Of a stretch of 32,483 nt of DNA, positions 30,942 to 32,483 are shown piece after piece. The position numbers and the translations under genes were made by a program. The notes beneath the pieces are model-generated. The model did no database searches. It was not told the origin of the DNA and saw only the letters and a list, made by a program, of their open reading frames with translations. How positions within the stretch are numbered: position 1 is the first letter of the stretch; the number at the start of each line of letters is the position of its first letter. Origin of the DNA: Desulfobacteraceae bacterium UBA5852 (lineage in GTDB: Bacteria > Desulfobacterota > Desulfobacteria > Desulfobacterales > UBA5852); assembly GCA_002432195.1 (NCBI GenBank), contig DJGG01000183.1:858-33340 (forward strand), written 5' to 3'.

Positions 30942-32005
30942 GCCGACCTCCGGCGCCACTGCCATCCATAGTCGGCAAAGAAGCTTCCGGCAAGAATGGT
31001 CAACAGGATCAAGCCTTCCATGATGCCCCCGAAGGCCGCCGGGACCTGCAAATCCAGTTGCAGGTTTTCCACGCCCACCCGCAGGGCCGCCAGAAGAAAA
31101 GACGCCAGGCCAATGCTCAAGGGGTTCAAGCGCGCCAGCCAGGCCACCACGATGGCCGTATACCCGTATCCCACCATGATGCTGGGCTGCAGCCGGTTGA
31201 TGGTGGCGGAGGCCTCCAGAAATCCGGCCCAGCCGGCCAGGCCGCCGCTCAGCAGCATGACCAGGATCAGCAAGCGTTCGTACGGCAGGCCGGCGTAGCG
31301 GGCGGCACCCAGATTCTCCCCGCTGGCCTTCAGTTCGTAACCCAGACGGGTGAATCGGAAAAAAAGCCACAGGACGCCACCCGTGGCCACGCAGAGCGCC
31401 AGACCCCAGTGGAGCCCGGTGTCGCCGATCCGTCCCACGATGGCATTGTCGCTGAAAATGGCGGTCATGGGGAAGCCGAAGCTCTGGGGATCCTTCCAGC
31501 GGCCGTAGACCAGGTAGTCCAACAGCAGGATGGCGATATAGTTGAGCATCAGGGTGACGATGATCTCGTTGGCCCGCATGCGCAACTTGAGCACGGCAGG
31601 GATGAAGCCCCACAGACCGCCCGCCGCCAGGGCGGCGGCCGCCATCAGGGGCAGCAGTGCATACCCGGGCAGCCCGGGCCATTGGAGGGCTGCGGCGGTG
31701 GCCCCGATGGCACCCAGGGCGAACTGTCCCTCGGCACCGATGTTCCAGACCTGGAGGCGAAAAGCGACGGCCACCCCCAGGGAACACAGGAAAATCGGGA
31801 TTGCTTTGAGAAGACAGTCCTGGATGGCCCAGTGGGAGCCGAAAGCGCCCTGGAAAAGCAAGCCGATGCCCTGGATCGCCGGCTTGCCCTGTAGTTTCAG
31901 CAGAAGCGCACAGATCGCCAGGGAGAGGCCGATGGCCGTCGGAAAAATGAGACAGGAAACCCACCAGTGGGTTTCCTGTCGCTTGAAGGTGCGCAAGGGC
32001 AGCAT
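30938..32005 (-). CDS. nucleoside ABC transporter permease 1
   Basis: WNIGAEGQF, NEIIVTLMLNY, LGYELKASGEN and GYGYTAIVVAWLARLNP. ATGA overlap with the next gene. Confidence 0.93.
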   Translation of the reverse strand: MLPLRTFKRQETHWWVSCLIFPTAIGLSLAICALLLKLQGKPAIQGIGLLFQGAFGSHWAIQDCLLKAIPIFLCSLGVAVAFRLQVWNIGAEGQFALGAIGATAAALQWPGLPGYALLPLMAAAALAAGGLWGFIPAVLKLRMRANEIIVTLMLNYIAILLLDYLVYGRWKDPQSFGFPMTAIFSDNAIVGRIGDTGLHWGLALCVATGGVLWLFFRFTRLGYELKASGENLGAARYAGLPYERLLILVMLLSGGLAGWAGFLEASATINRLQPSIMVGYGYTAIVVAWLARLNPLSIGLASFLLAALRVGVENLQLDLQVPAAFGGIMEGLILLTILAGSFFADYGWQWRRRSA

Positions 32006-32040
32006 GTGGATGGCTCGCGGCCGCCGGGCCGTGGCTGGGG

Positions 32041-32483
32041 CTATTCGGTGGTGCCCACGACGCCCTGAACGAACCAGTTCATCCCCAGGAGCACGTCGTC
32101 GCCCGGCACCTGGCCATCCGGAATGCGCACCTTGCCCTGCTGATCCGTGACCGGCCCGGTGAAAACTTTCATCTGGCCGCTTTTGATGGCCTCCTTCTGC
32201 GCCAGCACCCGTGCCTGAACCTCGGCCGGGACCAGGGCGCTCATGGGGCTCAAGTCGACCACGCCGGTCTCCAGCCCGTCCCACCGCTGGAGCGGCGTCC
32301 AAGTCCCCTGGCGCACGGCGTTCAGGACCTCCGCATAGTAGGGCCCCCAGTTCCATATGGGGGCCACCAGGTGGGACTTGGGGGCGAAGGTGGACATATC
32401 GGTGTGGTAGCCGATGGAATAGACACCACGTTCCTGGGCGGCTTCCTGGGGACCGGGGGAGTCCTGGTGCTGGGCGATGACGT
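32041..32483 (-). CDS. BMP-family ABC substrate-binding protein, C-terminal part (5' end outside window)
   Basis: VIAQHQDSPGPQEAAQERGVYSIGYHTDM..WNWGPYY..FTGPVTDQQG..MNWFVQGV. Confidence 0.9.
   Translation of the reverse strand, partial: VIAQHQDSPGPQEAAQERGVYSIGYHTDMSTFAPKSHLVAPIWNWGPYYAEVLNAVRQGTWTPLQRWDGLETGVVDLSPMSALVPAEVQARVLAQKEAIKSGQMKVFTGPVTDQQGKVRIPDGQVPGDDVLLGMNWFVQGVVGTTE

Noticed and set aside
30021-31964. 647-aa ORF suggesting a fused permease
   Set aside because: The N-terminal 341 aa is off-frame shadow of the upstream permease. The real gene starts at 30941.

Overview
GC-rich, gene-dense chromosomal core region, by gene content most like a Desulfobacterota (former Deltaproteobacteria) genome. 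It looks like a rearranged replication-origin region: dnaN-gyrB and rpmH-rnpA-yidD-yidC-jag-mnmE are present, with a perfect parS after mnmE and an oriC-like AT-rich spacer before dnaN, but dnaA, recF, gyrA, mnmG/rsmG and parAB are absent from the window. The most interesting locus lies directly upstream of dnaN. An endonuclease Q-UvrD helicase fusion with two beta-clamp-binding-like motifs (QRFLF, C-terminal QLKLF) is transcribed divergently from a split two-gene RdgC, and their shared promoter region carries tandem NrdR-like boxes. An atypical archaeal-type thymidylate synthase follows gyrB. Together these suggest a clamp-coupled, dNTP-pool-responsive deaminated-base repair module (inference). 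The rest is housekeeping: proC, asnS, a DegP/DegQ protease, radical SAM plus RNase G, YkgJ/PrmA-like genes, a decayed membrane-protein pseudogene, Na+-decarboxylase gamma/beta subunits, and a purine nucleoside ABC operon with gpt. No rRNA, tRNA, CRISPR array or mobile element was recognised. All family assignments are by-eye motif recognition, not database searches.
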